From NCBI GenBank assembly GCA_035285865.1, contig JAYKHS010000030.1, positions 64,001 to 128,000 of the forward strand: a stretch of DNA of 64,000 nucleotides, given 5' to 3'. The notes under the pieces are model-generated. The model made no database searches and was not told the DNA's origin. It saw only the letters and a program-made list of their open reading frames with translations. This stretch comes from Candidatus Sericytochromatia bacterium. Its GTDB lineage: Bacteria; Cyanobacteriota; Sericytochromatia; S15B-MN24; VGJW01. Positions 26,314 through 35,265 of this stretch are shown in pieces. Positions within the stretch are counted from its first letter, which is position 1. Each line of letters begins with the position of its first letter. Position numbers and translations under genes: made by a program.

Positions 26314-27806
26314 GCCGAAACGGGCAGGCCCTGCTCGAGGGCCTCGACGAGCAGGCGAATGCCCACCCCCACGCCACCCTGGGTCAGGTATCCCTTCGGT
26401 TCGTCGGCCCACGCCGTGCCGGCGATGTCCAGATGGACCCACGGAGTCGGATGGACGAAGGCCTTGAGCATCGCGGCAGCCGAGATGCCGTCGCTGTGGC
26501 CCCGCGCGCCGGCGTTCTTGAGGTCGGCAATCTCGCTCTTGACGATCTCCTCGTGTTCCGGCCACAGGGGCATCGGCCAGCAGCGCTCCCCGACGCGTTC
26601 CCCGGCCTGTCGCACGGCTTCTCCGAGCTTCTCGTCGTTCGTGAAGAGTCCGGTGGCCTGTGTGCCGAGCGCCACCCACACCGAACCGGTCAGCGTGGCG
26701 AGATCGATCACGGCCCGGGGCTTGAAGCGCGAGACCACGTAGGACAAGGCATCGGCCAGCACCAGGCGACCCTCGGCATCGGTGTCGATGACCTCGATGG
26801 TCTTGCCATTGTGCGCGCGCAGGATATCTCCGGGTTTCAAGGCGGCGGCACCCGGCATGTTGTCCGTCGCGGCCACGATGGCGACGATGCGACCGGGCAG
26901 GTTCAGGTCGGCGGCGAGGCGGATCGCGCCGAGCACGGCAGCACCGCCTGACATGTCGTCCTTCATCTGGCCCATGTTCTCGCGCCCCTTCAGGCACAAG
27001 CCCCCGGTGTCGAAGGTGATTCCCTTGCCGACGAGGGCAACGGGTGCGGTCTCGGTGGTGGCCGGACCCTCGTGGGTCACGATGATCATCCGAGGGGGAC
27101 CCTCGCTGCCCGCGTTGACGCCAAGGAGACAACCGCATCCCAGCGCCTCGAGGGCGGCCTTGTCGAGAATCTCGGCCTTCAGCGAGGGGCGTGTGCGCGT
27201 CATCTCGACCGCGGCCTCGGCAAAGGTCTCGGCCGTCAGGACATTGCCAGGTTCATTGATGCGGGTCCGCGCCCAGTGGACGGCGTCGGCAAGCGCGCGC
27301 GCCCGAGCGAGGCGCGGGGCTGCTTCGGCTGCCAGGGCGTCAGGCACGGCAACGGCAACATTGTCGAGCACCTTGCGATCGGCGAGGTCTTCGGTCCGGA
27401 AGACGTCGTGGGTGTAGGCACCCATCAGAGCGCCTTCGAGCGTCCATGCGGCCGCATCGAGCCAACCGAGCGGTTCCGGAGCACCGAGCGGGGAGAAGAG
27501 CACCCTGCGCGCACCCGTCTCGCGCGCGGCGCGAACGGCGTCTCCGGCAGCGTGCCGGATCCGTTCCGCATCGAGCTCCTCACGCTTGCCGAGGCCGATG
27601 GCCAGCACGCGAGCCACGGGGCCCGAGGTCGGGTAGAGCAAGGTCGACGATCCTTCCTTGCCGGTGAAATCGCCAAGTGCCCAGACACGCGCCAACTGGG
27701 CCGACCAAGGATCTTCGCCGTCCGGCGAGGGGCCGGCACCTTCGGCATAGCCGACGATCAGCAGGTCGTCGACCGTGCCGGGATTTTCGTGCAAAGATGA
27801 CGTCAT
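26310..27806 (-). CDS. pepA: Leucyl aminopeptidase (M17)
   Basis: VGKGITFDTGG, MKDDMSG, DTDAEGRL, DLATLTG and WVHLDIAG motifs. Confidence 0.95.
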   Translation of the reverse strand: MTSSLHENPGTVDDLLIVGYAEGAGPSPDGEDPWSAQLARVWALGDFTGKEGSSTLLYPTSGPVARVLAIGLGKREELDAERIRHAAGDAVRAARETGARRVLFSPLGAPEPLGWLDAAAWTLEGALMGAYTHDVFRTEDLADRKVLDNVAVAVPDALAAEAAPRLARARALADAVHWARTRINEPGNVLTAETFAEAAVEMTRTRPSLKAEILDKAALEALGCGCLLGVNAGSEGPPRMIIVTHEGPATTETAPVALVGKGITFDTGGLCLKGRENMGQMKDDMSGGAAVLGAIRLAADLNLPGRIVAIVAATDNMPGAAALKPGDILRAHNGKTIEVIDTDAEGRLVLADALSYVVSRFKPRAVIDLATLTGSVWVALGTQATGLFTNDEKLGEAVRQAGERVGERCWPMPLWPEHEEIVKSEIADLKNAGARGHSDGISAAAMLKAFVHPTPWVHLDIAGTAWADEPKGYLTQGGVGVGIRLLVEALEQGLPVSA

Positions 27807-27902
27807 GAATCTTGGGGTCCGGATCGGAGTGAGCGGCCGAGCCGCCGCTTCGCTGGGCATCCAGCATAGCACGGCCGCCGGGACCGAATCCCTGCCTTCG
27901 TC

Positions 27903-29891
27903 ATGCCGTCGTCCTGCCTGAACGCACGATGTAGTGCCCCCCTGCCTCAGGGGAGCGTTCGCTGTCCGCGATGCGAACTGCCTGCGCCAGGTGCGCTGCT
28001 CGGTGGGGGAGTCCGCATCGAGGCGTCCGGACGAGCTCGGCCGGGTGGGGTCATCATGGAGGGTCGAATCGAGGCCACGGGTGAACCGGTCCGGGTCCGC
28101 CTGATGCTGCCCGGAAAGGGCGCTGCGCGGGATCGGGCCCTTGGGATGATGCGTGCGATGGCTCAGGGCAACTTGTCCGGATTCACGCCGGTCCGCGCGG
28201 CCGATCCGGACGATGCGTGGCCATGGGTTGCCGAATCCTTGCCCCCGGGAGCGTCAATCGGGCGTGGGGGCAGGGTCTTCTCGCCCGAGGAGGTGCGTGG
28301 CTTGTTGCGCCGGGCCGCCGAGCTGCTGGCGCCATTGCATGGCCGCGGTTTCGTGCATCTCGAGGTCCGGCCCGAGAACTTCTGGTCGCGTTCGGATGCG
28401 GCCCCCGGGCTCTCTGGCCCGGGATGGGAGTGGCTGATGATGGCGCCGCCTGCGGTGCGCGCAACACGCGACCAGCCTTTCGTTCCTCCTGAGGGGTACG
28501 GTAACGACTGGAGCCCCGCGCACGACCTCTTCGCCCTGGGGGTCTGCGCCCTGCAGTGGCTGACGGGCCTGCCGCCGGAAAGTCTGCGGCAGGGGCGCTC
28601 ATTCTCGTGGCGTGCAGCCGTTCGGGAGCCGGGAGAGGTCGGTGTCATCATCGACCGATTGATTCATGCCGACCCGGACATGCGCGTCGCATCCATCGCG
28701 GTCTTGCGTGAACTGCTTGATGCTCGCCCCAAGCCGGAAAGTCCGGAGGAGACCACGGGCGATGGGGCGCGCAAGGACCCCGAGCGTCCGGCATGGTTGG
28801 CCTTGCTGGGCCTCTTGCCCGTAGCGCTGCGGTTCTGGCCCCTGGCGTCCGGAACCGGGTGGGCGTGGCCCGGGCTGAAGATCCTCGTCGCGCTCGGCTT
28901 GCTGGGGGGCGGGGCTACAGTGGCCTGGCAGCGCCTGGTGCCTGCTGCGCCGGCACTGCTGCCTGCCCCGGCTCGAGGCGGTAATCCGGGAGTCGGTCTC
29001 TTCGATCCTCCCCCGTGGCATGCCATGGGTCGCCTGTTGGCCGATCGCATGTCCGGAGCGACCGGGTCCAACCCATCCGCGAGACCGGACTTCGCCGCGG
29101 GGGGCACCCCGGCGTCGGGTTCCGAGGCGATGGCGGGTGTCGGTGGGACTCCGGGTGACGGTCACCCAGGCCAGCTTGCGGGTGCATCAGGTTCCTCATT
29201 GTTTCAAGTGCCGCGCGCCGGGGAGCCTGTTGATCCGGCTTCGACAGGGCGACTCCCGGAAGGCGGGCAGGGTGTCGGGGATCCGAAGGTTCAAGGGGCT
29301 CCCCCGACGGCGGGCGGTGCAGGCGAAGGGCGGGCGGCCGGGGCACGCGCGGATGGTCTTCCTGCGGGTGTCGCCGGCGATCGTCCGCGTGCACCCGCTG
29401 CCGCAGGCAAGCCCGAAGGTTTGCCGGATGACGCTCGGGTTTCGGGTGTGGCACCTTATGACGAAGTGGCCGAACCCGGACAGAATCCGGACGATGCTTC
29501 GGGGCTCGTGCCCGGTACACCGTGGTTCGTTCGGGTCAACAAGACTTACCGCACACTGACGGTCTACCGGGACGGGCGATTCCTTGCCCAATACCCCGTG
29601 ACCATCGGCCAGGGGGCCAGCACACCGGAGGGCCGATTCGTCATTCGCAACAAGGTACAGGCACCGCCCTTCGGCAAGATTGCCGGTGGCGACCCGCGCA
29701 ATCCGTTCGGGACACATTGGTTGGGGCTTGACGTGGCCTATCCCGGGGGCAAGGGAATCGGCTTGCATGGCACCAACCGCCCTGAGGAACTTGGCTTCGG
29801 GACCTCGGGCGGGTGCATTCGTCTGCGCAACGAAGACATCGCGGAACTGTATCCGTGGCTGCCCGAGGGCACGCCCGTGGAGATCCAGTGA
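27903..29891 (+). CDS. 4-Cys-prefix pseudokinase fused to an L,D-transpeptidase (YkuD) domain
   Basis: CLNARC..CPRC; degenerate kinase motifs (HLEVRPEN, FVPPE, DLFALG); hydrophobic segments; C-terminal TPEG, GLHGT and SGGCIRL. Confidence 0.85.
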   Translation: MPSSCLNARCSAPLPQGSVRCPRCELPAPGALLGGGVRIEASGRARPGGVIMEGRIEATGEPVRVRLMLPGKGAARDRALGMMRAMAQGNLSGFTPVRAADPDDAWPWVAESLPPGASIGRGGRVFSPEEVRGLLRRAAELLAPLHGRGFVHLEVRPENFWSRSDAAPGLSGPGWEWLMMAPPAVRATRDQPFVPPEGYGNDWSPAHDLFALGVCALQWLTGLPPESLRQGRSFSWRAAVREPGEVGVIIDRLIHADPDMRVASIAVLRELLDARPKPESPEETTGDGARKDPERPAWLALLGLLPVALRFWPLASGTGWAWPGLKILVALGLLGGGATVAWQRLVPAAPALLPAPARGGNPGVGLFDPPPWHAMGRLLADRMSGATGSNPSARPDFAAGGTPASGSEAMAGVGGTPGDGHPGQLAGASGSSLFQVPRAGEPVDPASTGRLPEGGQGVGDPKVQGAPPTAGGAGEGRAAGARADGLPAGVAGDRPRAPAAAGKPEGLPDDARVSGVAPYDEVAEPGQNPDDASGLVPGTPWFVRVNKTYRTLTVYRDGRFLAQYPVTIGQGASTPEGRFVIRNKVQAPPFGKIAGGDPRNPFGTHWLGLDVAYPGGKGIGLHGTNRPEELGFGTSGGCIRLRNEDIAELYPWLPEGTPVEIQ

Positions 29892-30739
29892 CCCGGCTGG
29901 TCCTGGGACTGTTCCTGGCTGCCACCACGGGAGGCTTCATGGAAGAACCGGACAGGGCCATCCTGAAGCGCAGGGCCTCCGAGGCGGGCAGGCCATCCGG
30001 TCTGGAGCCGGGCGCCTGGCTGGCCAGGGTGGGGATGACGTTTGTCGGTACACCCTACGTGGCCGGCAGGCTGGAGGAAGGCACCGTCGAGCGCCTCGTC
30101 TGCGACCTCGAGGCGCTCGACTGCGTGACGTTCATCGAGGTGACACTGGCCCTGGCGACCTGCCTGTGGCAGGGCGAGACCCCCCTGGATCGGGCCTTCG
30201 CAACGGAACTCGCGCGCTGGCGGTACCGGGCAGGTCGCCCGGAAGGCTGGTCCAGTCGGCTCCATTACTCCTCGACCTGGGCTGCGGTGCACCAGGATCG
30301 GGGCAGGCTCGAGGACGTGACGGGGCAGCTTGGCGGCCGACCGGAGGCGCGTGCGATCCGATTCATGACGGATCATCCGGACAAGTACCCTGCCCTTGCC
30401 GACCCGCTGAACCTTGCGGCCCTGCGCGAAGAGGAGCGTCGCCTCTCCGATCGCGCGGAGCCCTCCTTGCCCGTGCGCGCCCTGCAGCCTTCAGGTTCCG
30501 GATTGAAGGAAGGGGACATCATCCTCGTGCTCTCCGAGCGCCCCGGCCTGGATGTCCAGCATCTCGGCATGGCCGTCCGGCGTGGGCAAGGCTCCCTGGC
30601 CTTCCTGCATGCTCCGAGACCCGGCCGCAAGGTTTCCGTCGCGCCCGGTACGCTTGCCGATTATCTGGCCTCAGGCCGCGACGTCCGGGGTGTCCGCGTG
30701 TTGCGCTGGCAGCCCCCGGCGAGGTCCGGGCAAATATAG
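29888..30739 (+). CDS. DUF1460 family NlpC/P60-like peptidoglycan amidase
   Basis: FVGTPYVAG, LDCVTFIE, RLHY, GLDVQHLG and FLHA motifs; GTGA overlap. Confidence 0.88.
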   Translation: MTRLVLGLFLAATTGGFMEEPDRAILKRRASEAGRPSGLEPGAWLARVGMTFVGTPYVAGRLEEGTVERLVCDLEALDCVTFIEVTLALATCLWQGETPLDRAFATELARWRYRAGRPEGWSSRLHYSSTWAAVHQDRGRLEDVTGQLGGRPEARAIRFMTDHPDKYPALADPLNLAALREEERRLSDRAEPSLPVRALQPSGSGLKEGDIILVLSERPGLDVQHLGMAVRRGQGSLAFLHAPRPGRKVSVAPGTLADYLASGRDVRGVRVLRWQPPARSGQI

Positions 30740-30750
30740 GCTGGATTTAA
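30736..30750. promoter_or_regulatory. TTAA-N7-TTAA-like box
   Basis: ATAG-gctggat-TTAA upstream of an L,D-transpeptidase gene. Confidence 0.3.
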
Positions 30751-30801
30751 CCGAGTTCTCCGGACATGCGGCGATGATCAGGTGACAAGGGAGGTGGCTT
30801 C

Positions 30802-31572
30802 ATGCCGCAGGTGTCTCGTCTCGGGGGTGTGCCGGCCTTCCTGCGCGATCTCGCGCAGGCACTTGGTGAGAACGGTCCTGATGCGGCTCCGGGTGCGGCG
30901 GATGCACCCGGGCAGGCTCCCGCCCGCAGACCTCAGGTCCCCGACCGTCCTCCCGCGTTGCCCCCGGTCGTTCGCGATCGCCGTGAAGTCACGGCGGGGC
31001 AGGGGGCCGCGGCCATTCGGGACACTCGTCCCCGAACCGAGCGATTCAAGCTCCAGATCGACTTGGTGGCCAACCGCATCTACGTCATCAACAAGGACAC
31101 CGGCAAGCCCATCGACAAGTTCCTGACGTCGCCGGGAACGGCGGATCACCCGACGGCGGGCGACAGCTTCGCCATCAAGGACATCTACTCCTTGCCGACG
31201 TGGTACCCCCCGAAGTCCAAGTGGGCCGAGGGGCTGAAGCCGGTCGGTCCCGGACCGGACAATCCCCTGGGCCTGCTGGCGCTGGATCTGGGCCAGCATC
31301 ATCAGTTGATCCACGGGGTCGGCAAGTCCAAGTACAAGCTCCTCGGTCAGCCGGCATCCCACGGCTGTCTGCGGATGAGCAACGAGAATGTCCTGCTGCT
31401 CTACAGCAAGTACGCCGCCCGAGGCATGCAGGTGGAGGTCAATCGCGATCCCGAGAAGTCCAACTTGCTCAGGGCGCAGGCTTCGGCTGCCGGGGTACGG
31501 GATCGCAACCTTGCCGACGGGTCCGAGTTCTATGCGGACGCGGTCAAGGGCAAGCTTCCGCCGCTTCAATAG
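30802..31572 (+). CDS. L,D-transpeptidase (YkuD family)
   Basis: PTWYPP, GPGPDNPLG, IHG and ASHGCLRM motifs; GGAGG RBS; no evident signal peptide. Confidence 0.9.
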   Translation: MPQVSRLGGVPAFLRDLAQALGENGPDAAPGAADAPGQAPARRPQVPDRPPALPPVVRDRREVTAGQGAAAIRDTRPRTERFKLQIDLVANRIYVINKDTGKPIDKFLTSPGTADHPTAGDSFAIKDIYSLPTWYPPKSKWAEGLKPVGPGPDNPLGLLALDLGQHHQLIHGVGKSKYKLLGQPASHGCLRMSNENVLLLYSKYAARGMQVEVNRDPEKSNLLRAQASAAGVRDRNLADGSEFYADAVKGKLPPLQ

Positions 31573-32617
31573 TCGGTTTCGGCAAGGCGAAGAGCGCATC
31601 GGTCAGGGCGTCGAGTGCTTCGATGGCCGATGATGCGTATTGGAAGCCCAGCGAGATTCGCAGGGTGCCCGGATAGCCGACGAAGCTGCCCGGCACCACG
31701 AAGATCCCGCGGCTGGCGAATTGCTGGGCAATGGCAACGTCATCACCCAGGGCCGGGCTCTCGACCAGCGTGGACAGGCCTGCATCAGGAACGCGGACGA
31801 GGAAGCCGCGTTCCGCCCACGTGTCGATTTGTGCCGCAAGAATGGAGACCAACTCGTCGGCGAGACGGCGCGAGGTCGCCTCCCAGGCCATCAGTTGCTC
31901 CCAGTGGCGGACGAGCCACCGCGTCGTGGCCCAGGGGAGGCTGTGCGCCAGGTGCTCTTGAGCGTCGTGCAGGCGCCCGAGCATGTCGCTGTCCGTGGTG
32001 GCCAGCCACCCTACCCGAACGCCTGGCAACCCCAGGCGTTTGCTCATGGCACCGATACCGATCCATCCCGGGCCACGGCCAGCAACCGGGGCCATGCCAT
32101 CCTCCCGCACGCCCCTGTAGATCTCATCCACGACGACGACATCCAGCGGGCCGAGCCACGTCTCGATGCGTTCGAGAGGTGCCTTGCGGCCCGTGGGATT
32201 GTCCGGGCTCACGGCGAACCACGCACGTTGGCCGGCGCGCGGCTGAGGAGGATGCTCGGCAAAGGGGGACCACGAACGCCAAGGCGATGCAAGTCGGCGC
32301 ACAAGGCCCGGCCATTGGTAATAGGCAGGTTCTCCCACCATCAGCTCTCGATCCGGGGCCGCAAGGGCCAGCATGGCGACGGCGTTGCCCCCGGTTCCGC
32401 CCAAGACAGGCAGGATGGCCTCTTCCGGCAGGCCTTCCCACGCCGCGATGAGGCGGACAAGTTCGGGGTCACCTCCCGAGGGGGCGTAGCCGGTCGCGAA
32501 GGTCTCCTCGAGCGAGAGGTTCAGGCCGCAGGGGATCATCGTTCGGCCCAGGTGCCAGCGCGCTTGCGAGGCGTGGCGGTCGAACCAGGCCTCGAGCGGG
32601 TGGCGATGCGCGAACAC
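31544..32617 (-). CDS. PLP-dependent aminotransferase, class I/II
   Basis: SPDNPTG, VDEIY and AMSKRLGLPGVRVGW motifs. Confidence 0.88.
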   Translation of the reverse strand: MFAHRHPLEAWFDRHASQARWHLGRTMIPCGLNLSLEETFATGYAPSGGDPELVRLIAAWEGLPEEAILPVLGGTGGNAVAMLALAAPDRELMVGEPAYYQWPGLVRRLASPWRSWSPFAEHPPQPRAGQRAWFAVSPDNPTGRKAPLERIETWLGPLDVVVVDEIYRGVREDGMAPVAGRGPGWIGIGAMSKRLGLPGVRVGWLATTDSDMLGRLHDAQEHLAHSLPWATTRWLVRHWEQLMAWEATSRRLADELVSILAAQIDTWAERGFLVRVPDAGLSTLVESPALGDDVAIAQQFASRGIFVVPGSFVGYPGTLRISLGFQYASSAIEALDALTDALFALPKPTIEAAEACP

Positions 32618-32715
32618 TGCCGCATCCTAGCAGGTTCTTGACGCTGGAATGTCGCCCGTGACAACATCTTGGGCCGACCGTGCGACTTGGCCGGTCCCTT
32701 GAAAGGCAACTCAAC

Positions 32716-32958
32716 GTGAAGAATCCGCTCGAGACTCCCGGTGCCACGATTTTGCTTGGTCTGGTGCTCACTGCAGCGCTGTACGGCGCGCTCCGATTGA
32801 CGGCTCCGGCCACCGTTCCCGCCGAGACGACGGCTCCGGGCGCAGAGTCGTCGGCCGATTCATCGGCCGGATCGGCGGATGAATCGGCACCTGCCGCGGA
32901 CGAGGCAGCCACGACGGACGCCGTAACCGGCGCTGTCGTCGAACCGGCGACCCCCTAG
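32716..32958 (+). CDS. Small single-TM protein with an acidic Ala/Ser-rich tail
   Basis: GAAAGG RBS, GTG start, KNPLETPGATILLGLVLTAALYGAL. Confidence 0.6.
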   Translation: MKNPLETPGATILLGLVLTAALYGALRLTAPATVPAETTAPGAESSADSSAGSADESAPAADEAATTDAVTGAVVEPATP

Positions 32959-33002
32959 TCCCTTTCCGGGCCTTTCCCTTCCCAGACCAGCATTTCGAGG
33001 AT

Positions 33003-33512
33003 ATGACGATGGACGGTCAACTTTTCGGCGAATACTTGCTCAGGTGGCTGCACTTCCTGTTCGGCTTCACTTGGATTGGCCTGCTTTACTACTTCAATCT
33101 GGTGCAGATTCCCAGCCTCAAGAATATTTCCGCCGAGGCCAAGGCCGAGGTATTCAAGGAGGGCGGCATCGCCCGCACAGCCCTGTTCTACTTCCGGTGG
33201 GCCGCGATCGGTACCGTCCTCGTCGGGCTTGCACTTCTTGCGCACAAGGGCATGCTTGTTCAGGCCCTGACGCTGTCCGGTCCGACTAACATTCGGGGCT
33301 TGGGCATCGGTTGCTGGCTGGGCATCATCATGATGCTGAATGTCTGGCTCATCATCTGGCCCAAGCAGCAGACGGTGCTGGGCATCGTCCCGGCGACCGC
33401 CGAGGAGAAGGCGGCGGCCGGTCGGACGGCGATGCTGGCCTCTCGTACCAACTTCCTGCTGTCGATTCCGATGCTGTTCTTCATGGAGGCGTTCTCGCAC
33501 GGTCTCAACTGA
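33003..33512 (+). CDS. Urate hydroxylase PuuD N-terminal domain family membrane protein
   Basis: LRWLHFLFGFTWIGLLYYFN, FRWAA, NVWLIIWPKQ and SRTNFLLSIPM motifs; no CxxCH. Confidence 0.85.
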   Translation: MTMDGQLFGEYLLRWLHFLFGFTWIGLLYYFNLVQIPSLKNISAEAKAEVFKEGGIARTALFYFRWAAIGTVLVGLALLAHKGMLVQALTLSGPTNIRGLGIGCWLGIIMMLNVWLIIWPKQQTVLGIVPATAEEKAAAGRTAMLASRTNFLLSIPMLFFMEAFSHGLN

Positions 33513-33525
33513 GCCGGCGGTGGGT

Positions 33526-33562
33526 CGGGGGCGCTGCGCTGCGGCGCCCCCGGTCTCTATTT
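33526..33562 (+). terminator. Probable intrinsic terminator
   Basis: Stem GGGGGCGCTGC/GCGGCGCCCCC followed by TCTCTATTT. Confidence 0.55.
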
Positions 33563-33572
33563 GGGGCCTGGT

Positions 33573-33594
33573 TATCGATACAATACCTAGACAT
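33573..33594. promoter_or_regulatory. Candidate CarH operator, distal folE2 site
   Basis: TATCGATACAA-TACCTAGACAT tandem 11-mers on the + strand; the second matches nAnnTnnACAn exactly. Confidence 0.6.
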
Positions 33595-33667
33595 GTCTTG
33601 AATTCAGGCGGCCTCGGGTCTGCGGGGTCGCGAAAGAACCCTGATTCCCTTGACTTATCGGGTTTGC

Positions 33668-33689
33668 TTGTCTATGTTCTGTGGAGGTA
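33668..33689. promoter_or_regulatory. Candidate CarH operator, proximal folE2 site
   Basis: TTGTCTATGTT-CTGTGGAGGTA; both match nAnnTnnACAn on the minus strand; just downstream of a -35-like TTGACT at 33650. Confidence 0.7.
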
Positions 33690-33742
33690 AGTCGAGCGGG
33701 CCTTGTGCCGCCCAGTTCGCCACGAAAGAAGGATTGGTGCCT

Positions 33743-34564
33743 GTGCAGGATGTGTTGACCCCCCCCTTGGTGGACATCCAGTCCTCCCCGGACACCCGCG
33801 GTGTTCCGCTCCAGCGCGTGGGTATCTCGGGTGTGGCCATGCCGATGGTCATCCGGGGTGCTCAGGGTGGTCAGCCTGTTCAGGCAGATGTGGCGCTGAC
33901 GGTGGCACTTGCGGCGGAAACCAAAGGTACCCACATGAGCCGGTTCGTCGAGGCCTTGCTCCCCTACCGGGACGTGGCGCTCGACCTTGTCGGACTCGAA
34001 GGGCTCGTCCGGGATGTGCGTAGTCGCTTGAAGGCACCTGCTGCGCAGGTCGAACTGGGTTTCCGTTACTTCATCGACAAGCCGGCTCCGGCCTCGGGGC
34101 TCTCGGCCCCGACGGACGTGCAGGTCCGCCTCGCGGGTGAGGTGGGTGCCGACAACGCCTTCACCGGCACCATTGCCGTAACGGTCCCGATGACGACGCT
34201 GTGTCCGTGCAGCAAGGCAATCAGCCGCTACGGCGCGCACAATCAGCGGTCACTGGTCACTGCGCAGTTGCGGTTTTCCGGTGCAGCCCCCACCATCGAG
34301 GAGTTGGTCGCTGGTCTCGATGGGTGTGGATCATGTCCAGTCTATCCGCTCGTCAAGCGGGAGGACGAGAAGCACATCACGGAGCAGGCTTACGAGAATC
34401 CCCGCTTCGTCGAGGACGTGCTGCGCGAGGCGACACTCTGGGCAAGAGGCCTTGCCGGAGTCACATGGTTCTCCCTGACCTGCGAAAATCTGGAATCGAT
34501 CCACAACCATTCTGCCTGGGGGATGCACGAGGAGATGGTGCTCCCGGACCCGCCCCGCGCGTGA
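33743..34564 (+). CDS. folE2: GTP cyclohydrolase FolE2 (type IB)
   Basis: KGTHMSRF, TTLCPCSK, GAHNQRS, KREDEK, NPRFVED and ESIHNH motifs. Start at GTG 33737 or 33743. Confidence 0.96.
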   Translation: MQDVLTPPLVDIQSSPDTRGVPLQRVGISGVAMPMVIRGAQGGQPVQADVALTVALAAETKGTHMSRFVEALLPYRDVALDLVGLEGLVRDVRSRLKAPAAQVELGFRYFIDKPAPASGLSAPTDVQVRLAGEVGADNAFTGTIAVTVPMTTLCPCSKAISRYGAHNQRSLVTAQLRFSGAAPTIEELVAGLDGCGSCPVYPLVKREDEKHITEQAYENPRFVEDVLREATLWARGLAGVTWFSLTCENLESIHNHSAWGMHEEMVLPDPPRA

Positions 34565-35265
34565 CCGGTTCGGCAGGCCCGGAGCCTCCGTTGGCCCTGT
34601 CGTTGGCATGGGCGTCCAAGGCTTCCGGTGACCGTGCTGGGGCGTGGCACTGGATACGCCAGTTGCAGGACGACCGACCCGAGGCGTGGGTCGGGTGGTG
34701 GGCAGGCGGTGTGATGGCCCTTGCGGAGGGAGCTTGCGAAGAAGCCCTCGAGGCGTTCTCGCGCGCGGCTCGCCTCGAGGAACATCGTGTCGAGGTGGCG
34801 TTGAACCTGGGCATCGCCCAGTGGTTGACGGGGCATCCGCGCGATGCCCGCAGGACATTGGCCCACGCAGCCTCGGTCGGGGGGGGGCACGTCCGTGCCG
34901 TTGCGACTCTGGGAGTGGCTCATCTCGTGGCCGGCCTCGAGACCGAAGCAGAGCGGACGTTGTCCCGGGCAGCCTCGGCGGGCGGTGATTCGGGCGTCGG
35001 CAGCGTGGGCCTCGGGGTGCTGTGTGCCCGACGTGGTCAGTGGCCGGAGGCCGAGCGCTGTTTTCTCGCGGTGGCGCCGGTGGAGGGTGCCCGTCGCGCA
35101 GCGCTGAGCGACCTTGCCATCCTCTGGCGTCGCCGCGGTATGCTGGATGAAGCATCTCGCTGTGCCCGCGAAGCGACCCGCCTTGAGGACTGGCCCGAAG
35201 TCTCCTGGGAGGGATGGACCTTGGCACTGGCTCCGCTGGAGTACTTGGTGGAGGAATCGACTTGA
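34561..35265 (+). CDS. Tetratricopeptide repeat protein
   Basis: TPR-like helices (ALNLGIA, GLGVLC, ALSDLA); overlaps both neighbours. Confidence 0.7.
   Translation: MTGSAGPEPPLALSLAWASKASGDRAGAWHWIRQLQDDRPEAWVGWWAGGVMALAEGACEEALEAFSRAARLEEHRVEVALNLGIAQWLTGHPRDARRTLAHAASVGGGHVRAVATLGVAHLVAGLETEAERTLSRAASAGGDSGVGSVGLGVLCARRGQWPEAERCFLAVAPVEGARRAALSDLAILWRRRGMLDEASRCAREATRLEDWPEVSWEGWTLALAPLEYLVEEST

Noticed and set aside
25342..27138. 598-aa ORF overlapping pepA
   Set aside because: The upstream half is an alternate frame of pepA. The likely gene starts at GTG 26313.
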